The notes beneath the pieces were generated by a model. The model was not told the DNA's origin. It saw only the letters and a program-made list of their open reading frames with translations, and ran no database searches. Below are positions 27,675-42,083 of a stretch of DNA of 64,000 nucleotides, one piece after another; position 1 is the stretch's first letter, and every line of letters begins with the position of its first letter. Origin of the DNA: Eledone cirrhosa (taxonomy: Eukaryota); assembly GCA_964016885.1 (NCBI GenBank), contig OZ024741.1, positions 186,248,001 through 186,312,000 of the forward strand, in the 5' to 3' direction. The position numbers and the translations under genes were made by a program.

Positions 27675-28113
27675 GATATTAAACAAATGGAAACTATATT
27701 TATAAAACCATATTTATTTCGTTATATATATTTCCGGGATATCATATTAAAAATATGGTATGCCTTCCTCAGACAAAATACAATATACAAGCTGTTTTAT
27801 AAATAATTTTGACATACCTTAGAATAATGCAACTTCCATTTAAAAAGTTGATTTGTTTAAATGGAAGTTGCATTATTCTAAGGTATGTCAAAATTATTTA
27901 TAAAACAGCTTGTATATTGTATTTTGTCTGAGGAAGGCATACCATATTTTTAATATGATATCCCGGAAATATATATAACGAAATAAATATGGTTTTATAA
28001 ATATAGTTTCCATTTGTTTAATATCGTAAACCTACTCCAAACACTGTTGAGTGCTTTTATATCAGTTATAAAATATTTACTCGTTGTAACCCAACAATTT
28101 TAAATAAATCTTT

Positions 28114-28117
<4 letters not shown>
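27672..28117. mobile_element. Near-perfect 173-bp-arm palindrome of a PLE 3' end with two HHRs (27715-27780 minus, 27920-27985 plus)
   Basis: Arms 27672-27844 and 27856-28028, 11-nt loop; same family as 10910-13843. Confidence 0.85.
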
Positions 28118-28153
<36 letters not shown>

Positions 28154-29093
28154 CGTGTGTTTATGTATGGATGCTTTACTTAATTGATTTATTTATATTT
28201 TGTTTAATTATTCTTTCTCTAAGACTTCAGATATTTTTTTCAAACAAGGCATTAGGCCCCCTAAAATACTATAGTGGGCGCCTTGGGGCCCATTTGCCAT
28301 TCACCAACCTGTCCACCTGGCCAGTCCTCCACTATATATATACATATGAATATATGATCTTGACTTGCTGGAAAATAAGTTCTTATTGACTGACAGCATA
28401 GACTTCCCTGTACGGCTTGTATTCTGCAATTCAATTCAAATTTATGCTGTTTTGCACGGAGTGTGTATCCAGCCAAAAGGTTTTCAAGGAAAGTGTGCAT
28501 AACACCCCATTTTATTATATTGAGTCATTTTGAAAGCGGTTTCCTTATCTGGAACGTTCCAAATAAGCACAGTTAACACTACGCAAACTGTTGAAGTATG
28601 GGTGTCTACACTCGTGTTTGTTAAACATATTAATTCGGCTATAATAGGTTTATTATAGATAGGCGTTGGCGTTTTTTTCTAAATTCTGAGATTAAATGGT
28701 ATAGGCAATGGGAGTTTTCCATGTTCCAAGAATTAAACTAGTGCAAATAGCATTGATCTTAATGGTAGCAATGATCGCAATGATTTTACTTGTATAAATG
28801 ATGCTTGGTACAATAATCCTTTCAAGATTCAAAGTCACATGCAGAGACAAGTAGATATATTTCAGCTATTGCAAGTAATTGTTTATGCAGAAACTCTGTA
28901 GATACGTGATTCAGATTGCAGTATTTCAAGGTAGAAGCGATGGTGTCAAGGGTAGAATAGATAACCTTAACCTTGTGTATATATGTTCTGTTCTATATTT
29001 GGTTTTTACTGTGTTTTCCCTTTCAATATTGTCATACGTTCAAAGACGTACTCATATATGTATACATATGTATTTAGATGTATGCACACATAT

Positions 29094-29150
<57 letters not shown>

Positions 29151-29905
29151 ATGTATATGTGTGTATACATCTAAATACATATGTATACATAAACAATATA
29201 TATATATAATAATTATAATAATAATAATAATAATGACAATAATAAAAATATATATATATATATATATATATATAACTATATACATATATATATAAATGTG
29301 TGTGTGTGTGTGTGTGTGTGTGCATGTATGTATGTATGTGTGTGTGTGTGTTATGTGTGTTGGTGCGTGTGTTTGTGCATATGTGTGATTTAACTAAAAA
29401 CAACCGATTCCACCTGTTGCTATCGACTTACTAAACCAAGCAACACAGTATTATTATTAATAACATTGATTAACGAACTAAACTGAAACAAAACAAAAGG
29501 AAAATACGCATGAATCAACATAAATAAAACCAAAACAATATGGAAAGCCATTGTTTACAGACGTCGTCATATACTCGACACTAGACAAACACGTAGCAAC
29601 GTAACGAAATTAAAATCAGGCAGACAGCCAAACAGAAACTGAGACGGACGCGACGGTATGTCGGTGGAGATGAACAACTAAGGAAAGGAGGGTGAGCGAT
29701 GTGAAGGGGTTGATATAAGGAAAACAAAATGGCGACTATTTTGTACCAAATGACCTGACTGCCAATGTAAATGTGTGCCGTGTGGCCGTCCCTGTTTATA
29801 TAAATATATATATATACATACATTCATACATACATACATACATACATACATACATACATACATACATACATACATACATACATACATACATACATACATG
29901 CATGC

Positions 29906-29940
<35 letters not shown>

Positions 29941-30016
29941 AACACTCAAAAACACGCACATATATATTATATATATGCATATATATGTGCTTATACATAT
30001 ATACTTACATACATCC

Positions 30017-30047
<31 letters not shown>

Positions 30048-30204
30048 CATTCATATATTCATACATACATACATACATATATATATATACACATATATAT
30101 ATATATATAAACACTCAAAAACACGCACATATGTATATATATGTGCATATATATGTGCATATACATATATATACATATATATACATATATATACATATAT
30201 ATAC

Positions 30205-30260
<56 letters not shown>

Positions 30261-30841
30261 TATATATTACAAACAATCACGCACATATGTGTATAGGTGT
30301 GTGTATGTGTGTATGTATATGCGGAGGTTTGTGAGTATATATGTGTGTGAGGGAGTTAGAATGTGCGTTTATTTATTCGAGAGTGGTGGTAAAATTTACC
30401 ATTAGTTATTTTCTTATTTTGTATGTTTATTCTTTATTAAAATGTTCTTGTTATTATTGTCGCCACTACACCCACATTTAATCTCTGTTTAATTAATCCG
30501 TGTAGGATGTGAGGTTGGACTGGAAGAGAATGGGTAGGATCATGTGTTGAGGAGGGGAGGCTAGTCATGGTGAACGTGTAAGGAAGTCAACGAGGGAGGC
30601 GATAGGATGTGGAAAAAAGTTTGAAAAAAAAACAAAAAACGCGTTTATGTTTATGTATGAGTGAATGTTGGTGTACGTGCTTGCATGCATGTATATGCCT
30701 GTGGTGCGCATGTGTTCGAATGAGTAAATGTGTGAGTGGCGTGCATGCTTGCGCCCTTGCATACGTGTGTGTTTGTTCATTCGTAAGTATAAATATTTGA
30801 TTCTGCGTATGTGTTCACACACACAAATATATATATATATA

Positions 30842-31046
30842 TATAAAATATTAAACAAATAATGAATAAACAATTCCTTATATTAAACAAAAAAAGTTCA
30901 TTATTTAACGATCGTTTCTAGGGTACATATGTGTTATAATTGGTATGCATATTCAACAGATCTATGTACAAAATTATACAAAATTATACAAATTATCAAG
31001 ATTAAATATACATACCTAACACATATATACGCCGTCTTCAGAAATA

Positions 31047-31077
<31 letters not shown>

Positions 31078-31555
31078 AATTTATGTATGATTGTGAGCTC
31101 CAATTAAGGCGAGTGTGTTTATATCTTTGTACGTCAGTGTATTCATAGGATTTGATGTGATTATACATTTTTAATTTGTTGTTCTTAATCTATTTATCTA
31201 TTTGGGAATATGCTGATTATTTCTGAAGACGGCGTATATATGTGTTAGGTATGTATATTTAATCTTGATAATTTGTATAATTTTGTATAATTTTGTACAT
31301 AGATCTGTTGAATATGCATACCAATTATAACACATATGTACCCTAGAAACGATCGTTAAATAATGAACTTTTTTTGTTTAATATAAGGAATTGTTTATTC
31401 ATTATTTGTTTAATATTTTATCTTGACTCTGTATACCGTTTATCTTTCACCGAAAGTGGATTTTAATTACATCTCTTCTTTCCATGATATCCGGAATACA
31501 TTGAGTTCTTCATACGGATTGGACACTACCGTAAACTCTTGGTAGATTTATCTAC
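30842..31555. mobile_element. Fold-back HHR element with very long stem II (HHRs 30900-31048 minus, 31216-31364 plus)
   Basis: ATTATTT-CTGAAGA-about 115 nt-GAAA-CGATCG-TT-AAATAAT; inverted arms; (TA)n ends. Confidence 0.8.
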
Positions 31556-31616
31556 ATATATATATATATATATATACTGACACACGCACAGATAGACACA
31601 AGCGTACACACATACA

Positions 31617-31727
<111 letters not shown>

Positions 31728-31784
31728 TTATATAAATAAGTTTGTGTATGTGCGAATGTGTGTCATGTATGTTAAGAAACAACC

Positions 31785-31864
<80 letters not shown>

Positions 31865-32591
31865 AATTTATGTATGATTGTGAGCTCCAATTAAGGCGAG
31901 TGTGTTTATATCTTTGTACGTCAGTGTATTCATAGGATTTGATGTGATTATACATTTTTAATTTGTTGTTCTTAATCTATTTATCTATTTGGGAATATGC
32001 TGAATGGAGGTTAATGAAGAGGTCCTTTATCAATCTTATTGTCTTCTAAGTTCAAATCGAGCAGCTATACTTTACTTTTCATCCTTCCGAATTAAAATAT
32101 AGTAGAAGTCAACTTTTGGTTCGATTAAATAAATGTTAACTTATTGCTCTTTATTAGCCCCGCTTCATTTATCTTGGAAATTCGTATGACAGAACGTTGG
32201 TGCAAGGAAATGTTTATAGATGACTAGTCGACAAACAATGGGATATATATATATATATTTTTTTTTTTTTTTAGTATATGTTGGTTGTTTACCGAGACCT
32301 CGGTATGCAGAATGGAGCACTCGACGAGGTACGTAGGTTGATTTGTTTACTCCGGAGTAATGTAAAATAATTAAATCAAATATGTTAAATTTGGGTGCGT
32401 TTATTACAGATTATAGATATACTGCTATATATATTTCGGCGACAGCCATCATTGGCTGTGACCTCTCTAGGCAGTCCGAATTGGTATACATTTTGTTGAA
32501 GTGTGTTCTACTCCGTCAATCCATCGATATGTCCAGCTCCTGGTAGTATTGTTATTTCTCTTAGGAACTGGAATCATATTTATATATATAC

Positions 32592-32726
<135 letters not shown>

Positions 32727-32871
32727 GAATATCGGAGTAAGCTTTTTAGCGATACCCCGGCCAAATTCCAACTCACTCAACAAACATTAGGAAATAAGTG
32801 ATTATATTCCTAATTATGCGCTCGGGGTGCTAACTAAAAGTATTGCGTGGAAAATTGGCTGTATTATTACA

Positions 32872-32936
<65 letters not shown>

Positions 32937-32939
<3 letters not shown>

Positions 32940-34810
32940 GATATTAAATAAATGGAAACTATATTTATAAAACCATATTTATTTCATTATACATATTTCA
33001 GGGAAACCAAATTAAAATATGGTATGCCTTCATCAGACAAAATACAATATATAAACAGTTTTATAAATAAATTTGACGTACCCTATTAGATGCGACCATT
33101 ATTTTTGGAAGCTGTCTGGATAGTGAGATGTTTATAATTATTTTATTAGTTATAGTGTTAAGCACAGTTAGAAAAAGACGGAGAGAAAGAAAGAAAAAAG
33201 AAAAAAACGGAGAGAGAGAAGGAGAGAGAAAAAGAAGGAGAGAGATAAAAGGAAGATATATATAGATAGATAGGAGGAAATGAAAAAGAAAGAAAAAAGA
33301 AAGAAATAAGAAAGACAAAAGAAAGCAACAGAGAGATAATAATTCATCATACAGATAGAGAAACTCAAGAGAGAGGAAGTACTATATAGAGAGAAGAGGA
33401 TACAGTGACAACTTTACGTCATGTCATATTAAGTTGAATTAACAATTCATATGAAATGAATAATAAAAATGTAAATATCAATATTCATGAATGAGACATA
33501 GATATATAATATGAGAAAATAACATTGTTCACTAATGACCATATGTTTAGTTTAAAACCTTGAGCTCAATATACCAAAATCTGAGTTAAAACCTTCAAAA
33601 ATTACCTTATTTATAAAAATACGGATACACATATGTATATATATATACACGCATATGTACGTTCTGAAAAAAGAGAAAATTATGTCTACTCCAGTCAATA
33701 ATATAGACATACAAATGATTTCACTTGATCACTTCTATAATTTTTTGTGTTATAAAAATTTCACAGTGTATATACATAAAAGTACAATTAATATTCATGT
33801 CCTCACATATATGATTACCGTTCATGTATTTAATATTATGCATATCTGCACCACAGATCAACATATACACACACAACTATACATACACATATATATGTAT
33901 AAATAAATATCTGCGTGAGTTTTCCAGCATCGTTATGCATATATACAGACATATATACGAACACATAAATAAACTCTATAAACCTTTTATATGCATGTTA
34001 ATACACACAAATGGCCTTTGTATAGAGATAATCAAATATCAATATATTAATACAGAAATATCAAAGCATTAAATATCTTTAACACACTATAGAGTATCTC
34101 AAGTTAAAACAATATGTTTTATATATTTATTATAGAAATCTATCCTACCTATATCTCAAACAAGATATTGCAAGGGTAGACATATGAAAGTTATTAGAAG
34201 ATATCAGAGTAAAAAAACAAATAAAAAAACAGAAATAATTTAAAAGATTTATAAGACCCAGTGATTCTACGGATGCCCTTATATTTAGTATAGAAATTTA
34301 TCTTACGTAAATTTTATTTAATAGATTGGGAGCATATACATTTTAGAGTAGTTTATTATATCCTTGTTTATATTTAGGAAGAAAGTTTAAAAAGAGAAAA
34401 AGGTGAAGGAATCTAATGATTTATCGTCAGGTTTCATATATTAACTAAATTTCTTAATTAATTATACTACATTTTAAATTTATATTTATATTTAAACGTT
34501 GAGTTCAATCTATGTCTGCAGCAACTGAATAGATTGCTCCTTAAATTAAGGGAATTTTTGGACTTTAATATAAAGAATATTTCCTCTATACAAAGATCGC
34601 AAGTCTCTGATGAGGAATTAAAAGGAATTCCTTTTGAGACAATATTCCAAATCATCGAATACCCAACGTTATCACGTTTAAGGTGCCAGAGTAGGCTAGA
34701 TAGCGAAGTTGAGGATTTTTGTTTGGATCTGTGAAAGAATTCCTATGATTATTGAAGCGAAGTTTAAATTCTGTCGAGGTGGAACCAACATAGTTAAAAG
34801 AATTTAAATT
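32937..34810 (-). mobile_element. Second copy of the 11-14 kb PLE family (GIY-YIG remnant 34467-34810; HHR 32980-33044)
   Basis: WNIVSKGIPFNSSSETCDLCIEEIFFILKSKNSLNLRSNLFSCCRHR; colinear 3' region. Confidence 0.85.
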
Positions 34811-35170
34811 CAGTGGATGGAAAAAAGCAAGCGTGGACTATATTCCAAGACAATGAAAAAATCACTGCCTACTTGGTCGGTGGCAAATTCAAAAGAATCA
34901 ATCACGTGATATCGAGGTTAATCAGTGAGGAGTCGGGTGTTAAAAAGACAGTAGCCAAGCCACTACTATGAACTATAATAGCAGTTTTGCAAATTTCTGC
35001 TCAACAAAATAATTTGGAGATAATTATAAAGAATTAGTATATCTTCCAACATATATATACAGATGCATACCTATGCTAGCAAATATATAGGTTTTGTCTT
35101 TGTAACTTTGTGGTTCAATGCAAGGGGAAGCAGAACAATTATATGAATGACGTAAAATAAGAAAATGTAT

Positions 35171-35244
35171 ATATAACTATGTAATTTATATATAACTATG
35201 TAATTTATATATAACTATGTAATTTATATATAACTATGTAATTT
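35171..35244. repeat. 19-bp minisatellite, about 4 copies
   Basis: Unit ATATAACTATGTAATTTAT. Confidence 0.85.
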
Positions 35245-36203
35245 CTTTTTTCCTGTGATTTGTTTTGTTTCATTTATTAAATATATATGTGTGCGTCTGT
35301 CAGTCTCTGTGTATGTGTGTCTGTGTGTGTGTGTGATTCTGTGTGTGTAGGGTGATGAGTTCCCATAGAATAGATAAAGAAAACATGCGCTCTATTTTAA
35401 GTACAGAGCCAAAATATTTTTACTTTATCAACAGAGTTGCTTGCTACCTAAGGTTTCAAAGCCTACCCTAGCACAGGTCATGGAGACGCTATATACACCC
35501 TAGTTTTGTTTATCTTTCTAGCAAGTATCAGATGACCGACGTTGTTTCATGCATGAGATCCCTTCAAGTGCAAAGGAAATAATAATAATTTAACATTACA
35601 TTTGGAATTTTTCTGATTCAGTGGAAGTAACTGATATATATGTAAGTTTATATTTTTGAATACAATTATAATTGCTAAAGTGTTTGTATTGTGAAAATGT
35701 TTGTTTCTCTTACTCAGTGTGAAATAATTCTATGGCTTATTATGTGAAAGCGCGTTTTTATTAACATGTTCTCTGTTGTTAAATATGCTAATATTGTGTA
35801 TTTGTGTTCTTGTGTATCTTTGTGTGTGTGTGAGTGTGTGAGTGGATGTTTATGTATTTGTGTAGTTATATTTGTATTATTGATATAGGGTATTTTTGTT
35901 AACCCATATTAAGGGGGTATGGGATATATTGCTGTAAAACGTACATGTATTATTTAAGTGTATATTATATATGTAGCTTATTGTATTTACCTAATTTGTG
36001 TGCAGTGTGGTGTGTGTATAGACCTGGGACGGACTTCGTGAATTAACGCGGGCGTAAGATAGTGCCGGCTTGTGTGTCTGGGTTTGAATGGTTACATGCC
36101 GAGAGGATATGTAATCGTATGTCTGGAAGTCTTCACATAATTTCATGTGTTGTGGTTAGGTATTTACACACACACACATACACACACACACACACACACA
36201 CAT

Positions 36204-36242
<39 letters not shown>

Positions 36243-36495
36243 TATGTGTTATATATACAGATATGTGTATATATATATATATATGTATGTGTATGTATTT
36301 TGTTCTCACGAGTCAGTTCTTTCGTTGCTACAGATCACGCGACTGAATTAGCGGTCGCTATTTTCAATTTGCAAAGCCCTTTAAACTCTATGTTATTACT
36401 CTGAGGTCTATACCTTGTCGTGTGCTTGGCTGCACTGCTGAAGGCATTCGTTGGCTTAGCTGCTGCTCGGACTTCGAATAAGCTGTACTTTCATT

Positions 36496-36529
<34 letters not shown>

Positions 36530-36532
<3 letters not shown>

Positions 36533-37600
36533 CAGAAGATGGTAAACCAGGGATCATTCTCAAATACGGCGTTCAGGTGTCACATTTTTTCAATTTCAAT
36601 AAGCAAATCTTTATATTTCCTCAGTTTGTCAAATTCTTTAGCCGCGATATTGTAATCACATGGGATGCTCATGTCAATTAATAAACAGAATTTGTCATGT
36701 TGGCCTTTTACAATAATATTTGGTCTATTAGCTTTTATGTTCCTGTCAATATGTACAGGAAAGTCCCAAATAATCGCAACTTTTCTCTAGTTATATTCCG
36801 AGAATGATAATTGTACTATTTGTCAGCAGATTTGATTTTATAATGCCAACATATAACCCAGTGTATATATTGGCCCACTTTGTCATGTTTAGATTTGTTC
36901 TTTAATGGTGCTAAATCGTTACAACCTGAGATTAAGTGGTCCACTGTTTCAATATCATCATTGCAGAATCGCCATTTTGCATTTAGTCCATTTTTCATCA
37001 CATTGTCTTTGAAGTTCCGTGTTAGTAAGCTTCCGTGTCAGCTAAGATGAAGCCTTCGCTCGCTGCTTTTAGCCCCGAGCTAAGTAGCCACTGATGGGTG
37101 TGCTTCTGGTCAACATCAGCTTGTTTGCTACAGCCCACATATTTGTCATGCAGAGGTTTCTGCTCCCATTTTAATGCTAATTGTTCTCTTTTTTTCTTTT
37201 GCAATTAATTTTATATTCTTAGCACCAACAGTTGCAAAAATGTCCTTAGTCTGTCCAGCCTGGATATCACGCATGAGATCGGTAGCATATTTTTTACTCT
37301 CCTTCAAGATAGAATGAAGCTTCTTATTTCTCTCGTGTTTTTCATCAAGTTTCAGCATGCAGTCGATTCTTGTTTCAAGGTATTTGGGCAGTCCAATAGT
37401 GAGGCTCTTGTAGGTAAATTCAAATTGGATCAGGTCACGGTCTCGTTGAGTTCTGGGAAGGTAAACGAGATCCTCATCTGCGTTCCGGTGGTGCATATAA
37501 TTTCACTAATATTCCAGTTCAACACACCGGAGATATCAGTGGCAACTGGAACTCTCAAGGAATTTATGGCTAACACCATGTTATGTGCATTTAACGAGAA
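36530..37600 (-). pseudogene. R4/Dong-like non-LTR retrotransposon fragment (post-RT region, CCHC knuckle, restriction-like endonuclease)
   Basis: YLPR..DRDLIQ, WLLSSGLKAASEGFILA, RFC..DIETVDHLISGC..HDKVGQYIHW, WDFPVHID..ANRPNI..CLLIDMSIPCD..K..KY. Confidence 0.8.
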
Positions 37601-37883
37601 ATAAACAGACGAAAGCTTGTCTGGAAATGATAATCGAAATTTAAATTTCATGAGAAATGTGCAGCTTTATCAAAATATTTGACTAAAGAAAAATTTAAGT
37701 CTCTACTCGCCCGGCAAACTGAAGAAGCTAGTTTCTCATGCTTGTGGATTTGAAAAATATAATTTTTTCTACTGTTGGCACAAGGCCAGCAATTAAACAG
37801 TACATTACTGGTATTTTATTGATAACTTGAACCGTTAAGGTATATTCTCCTTGGTTATGTCAAAATTTATAAAACACACTTCG

Positions 37884-37944
37884 TATTTTATCTGATGATA
37901 GCGTGCCAAAATGTTGGTACACTTGAAATATATATAACAGAATA
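37884..37944 (+). ncRNA. Type I hammerhead ribozyme (diverged member of the 13735 family)
   Basis: TATTTTAT-CTGATGA-..GTGCCAA/TTGGTAC..-GAAA-TATATA-TA-ACAGAATA. Confidence 0.68.
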
Positions 37945-38000
37945 AATATGGTTTTATAAATATAGTTTACATTTATTTAATATCATTGTATATATATATA

Positions 38001-38080
<80 letters not shown>

Positions 38081-38081
38081 T

Positions 38082-38128
<47 letters not shown>

Positions 38129-38743
38129 CAATGTGTATTTGTGTGCGTGTTGGTATACACGCATCCACTAACACACACATATTTATATATATATACATAA
38201 ATATATGTGAGTGTGTGCATGTGTATGTAGGTGTAGTTGTGTGTTTGTGTGTAAGTACATTATTTATCATGATGATGATGTTGATAGTAATTAATAGTAG
38301 AAAGTTTAATTACATGTTTTAAAGACTACTTCAGTCAAAGAGATGTAACGGTGTCTGACAGATGATCATTATTTGTGTTCATGTAGATTAATGAATACGA
38401 AGAACAGAGGACATATATTGTGCACCGAGTAACCCCAGATCATAATGGCTGCTACTACTGAAGAGGTATGGGATGTGGTAGTTTAGGGCAAATTAATAGA
38501 GGAGGGTGTAGCAAAGTTGTGTCAAGTTGCGAGTGTGTGTCTGTGTGTGTGTGTGTGTGCGTGTGTTTGAGTGTGTTTATGTGCGTATCTCTGTATATAT
38601 ATCTGTGCATGTGTAAGTATGTGTTAGTATGTTTGTGTATATATATGTATGTATGTATGTATAGTATGTATATATGTATTTATATGTATATATTATATGT
38701 ATTATATATATATATATATATATATAGTGTACATATATATTTG

Positions 38744-38830
<87 letters not shown>

Positions 38831-38933
38831 GTGAATACTGCAACGGGCACAAAAACAGAGAGGCAGTACAAACAAAGGTTTATTAGTTTCACGTTCTTGA
38901 GAGTGGGGGGGGGCGTTTCGGGCGTAAGCCCTT

Positions 38934-38967
<34 letters not shown>

Positions 38968-39243
38968 AATGCATGTGTATGTGTATATGTATGTATGGGT
39001 TTGTATGTGATTGTGTGTTCATGTGTTTGTGTGTGCATTTGTGTTTGTGTATAAGTGTATTTGTGTTATATTTGAGTCCGTCCGTGTGTGTACGTAAGTT
39101 TATGAAGGTGTCAGAGTGGAGGTGGGTGTGGGACATACAAAATGTGAAATACTAGGAATCAAACAATAACGAAACGAAATTAAATATACCAACACATTCT
39201 GTCAACAAGAACAACAGCTACAGCATCATCAACAACAACAGCA

Positions 39244-39286
<43 letters not shown>

Positions 39287-39375
39287 GCTGCTGCTGCTAA
39301 TGCTGCTACTTCAATCTATATGTGTTAATCAAGCTCGCATATTCAGAGGTATAAGAAGAGAAAATAATAGTAATA

Positions 39376-39582
39376 ATTGTTTTGATGTAGGCACGAGGCC
39401 AATTATTTGGGGAGGTGAAAGTCGATTAAATCGATCCCAGTAAGTTATTGGTACTTTATTTTACCGACCACGTAAGGATGAATGACAAAGCTAACCTCGG
39501 CGCGGTTTGAACTCAGAACGTATAGGGCGTAACTCTATACCGCAAAGCATGATGTACGACGCTCTCCCGATGCTCCCAATCC
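39376..39582 (-). mobile_element. Diverged SINE copy
   Basis: Same family as 7811-8195. Confidence 0.75.
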
Positions 39583-39863
39583 ATGTAACGGTATGTAACG
39601 TGGATGCAGGCAAGGTTGTATGGTTAAGGAGTTTAATTCCACATTCAGTCTCACGGCTCGGCTACTTGAACCAATGCGATATACTGTAGCCTTGGATTGA
39701 ACAATACCTCGTGTGTGGAAGTTTGTAGACGCACACACCGGAAGCCTTCGTTTACACACAGGCACACATTTATAGATATATCGTCTCATGGATGAGTATG
39801 TATATGTATTTCTATGTCATGTTTAGGTTTGTAAACATAGTGGTAATATCTGTATATATATAT

Positions 39864-40255
39864 CTAAGGCGGGTAAAATTCCCGAGATCCATGGACGAGT
39901 TCTCTCCAGCGGTCTCTGTCCCTCATTATCGCTGCCATGTCCTGTATCTCCAACAGACCAATGTCTGTCCTTAGGGCATCAACATACGTTAACCTTGGTC
40001 TTCCACTTCTAGTGTGTCCATGTAGGGGCTCCCAAAGGAGCACTGAGTGCAATGTATATATATATTAATTCAAAATATTAATAAATGTAGACATACACGT
40101 AATCAAAATATATTTTTTATTATATATATTTCGGAGGTACTGTGGTGTTTTTTCAGTACGTCTTCATCAGCTAAAATATATAATTTGATGTATGACATAC
40201 CTCAACTGTGATAGTTCAATTCCAGTTTTGGCAGTCATGTATGTTTAACTATTGG

Positions 40256-40293
<38 letters not shown>

Positions 40294-40450
40294 AAGGCGG
40301 GTAAAATACCCGAGATCCATGGACGAGTTCTCTCCAGCGGTCTCTGTCCCTCATTATCGCTGCCATATCCTGCATCTCCAACAGACCAGTGTCTGTCCTT
40401 AGGGCATCAACATATGTTAACCTTGGTCTTCCTCTTCTCGTGTGTCCATG
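39864..40450 (-). pseudogene. Two 3'-terminal RTE-type LINE fragments (39864-40052, 40292-40450)
   Basis: LLWEPLHGHTRSGRPRLTYVDAL..D.G..M..MRDRDRWRELV; both end at (TA)n. Confidence 0.75.
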
Positions 40451-40557
40451 TATATATATATATATATTTAATATATATATATATATATATATATATTTAA
40501 TATATATATATATATATATATTTAATATATATATATATATATATATATATTTAATAT

Positions 40558-40669
<112 letters not shown>

Positions 40670-40670
40670 T

Positions 40671-40876
40671 GAAAATGTATGACCCGACGGCAGAGCTCTA
40701 GCCGTTTCGACGGCTATTTCTGGACGTAAATTTCTTGTTCAGAAATAGCCGTCGAAACGGCTTGAGCTCTGCCGTCGGGGTCATACACTTTCCTATTACT
40801 CACTCTATTACCCTAAGTATTAAGTACTCTGGTGCGTTATGGTCCATCTGATTCCTTAACACCACTCCTTCGTTAT
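40671..40876. mobile_element. Fold-back copy of the 3' end of the 41-45 kb PLE (another at 55866-56027)
   Basis: Inverted arms around 40727; GAAACGGC..GCCGTC-GGGGT HHR 3' half; tail shared with 44860-44957. Confidence 0.75.
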
Positions 40877-41189
40877 ATATATATATGTGTCGGATGTTAG
40901 CTAGTATGCTTCCATAGGCGGCATGCCGTTTGACCACTCTATGCTCTTACTGAGCAGAGTATGATATAATATAAATAAAAAAATCAGTGATGCTTCTGAA
41001 CTCAAATTATTGTGTGTTACAATTGTTTCGCCGGCGGACAGCTCGGGACCAGGTTCGACGGACACGTCTAATGATTTCGGAGCATATTCTTCGAACCAAT
41101 TCTAACACACAATAAATTGAGTTCAGATGCATCACTGAATTTTCGTTTTATATTATATATATATGTATATATATTTATATATATATATA

Positions 41190-41330
41190 TACGTGAACAG
41201 CAAAGCATAAATGAACTAAGTAAGAAATTAGGAATAAGAGGGATCAGATGCTGTTTACTTGAGAGAAGACTACGTTGGTATGGCCACGTGATGCGCATGA
41301 AAGAAGACAGCCGTATAAAAAAAGTGTAGG
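41190..41330 (+). pseudogene. RTE LINE fragment
   Basis: ELSKKLGIRGIRCCLLERRLRWYGHVMRM. Confidence 0.65.
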
Positions 41331-41332
41331 GC

Positions 41333-42052
41333 GTAAAAGTTATTGTCACAAGGATTGGTCAAAAGTGTGTTGTTGAGACACATAATTCTATCATGGCAAT
41401 TTGTGGAAGGAAGGGGTAGCTGAACCTGCCAGTAGAAGAAAGAGGGAGGGGGAGTGGAGAAAACCCAGTCGTGCGTTGATAGTGCCAACTACAGCAGGCC
41501 AGGAGGTCAAGCAAGTATACTAGGGAGGGGAGGGGGAGGGGGAGGAAGTCGAAACAATAAGTAAATCAATATGGAGTAAATATATAGAAGAATACCAAGA
41601 ATGTTAAAAATATAAAAAAAAAATTTCTGGTTACTATTCCCTAACCACAGTCATCAAGTCTCTCACTGGTACTGCTAAACTATAGAAAAGTTTACTAGGT
41701 GGGACGGAATTGTAGTGAAACCATTTTAAGAGTTAGTAGTAATCAACCGAGTATATCTTACAGTGACAGGTCAACAAGTGGGGGGCCAAAATACTAAAGA
41801 AACTACCACGAAATAATAATTCAGAGACCCGAAACTAATACGAAATGATTGTTTCTACCCTAGGCACGAGGATAGCAACCACCCAGTGCAAAAAATAAAC
41901 TAATACGAAATGATAATTCAGAATCTCGAAAATGAATACTAATACTATCTCTAAGGGTGCCGCTACGATACAAAAATTCTAGTACAAACTACATAAATGC
42001 TAGTACGAAGTATATGAAAAATTTGATACGGAAAATTAATTCAGAATAACCC

Positions 42053-42083
<31 letters not shown>

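Noticed and set aside
28190-28980. Coding-like stretch, possibly a decayed LINE
   Set aside because: No motif I can identify with confidence
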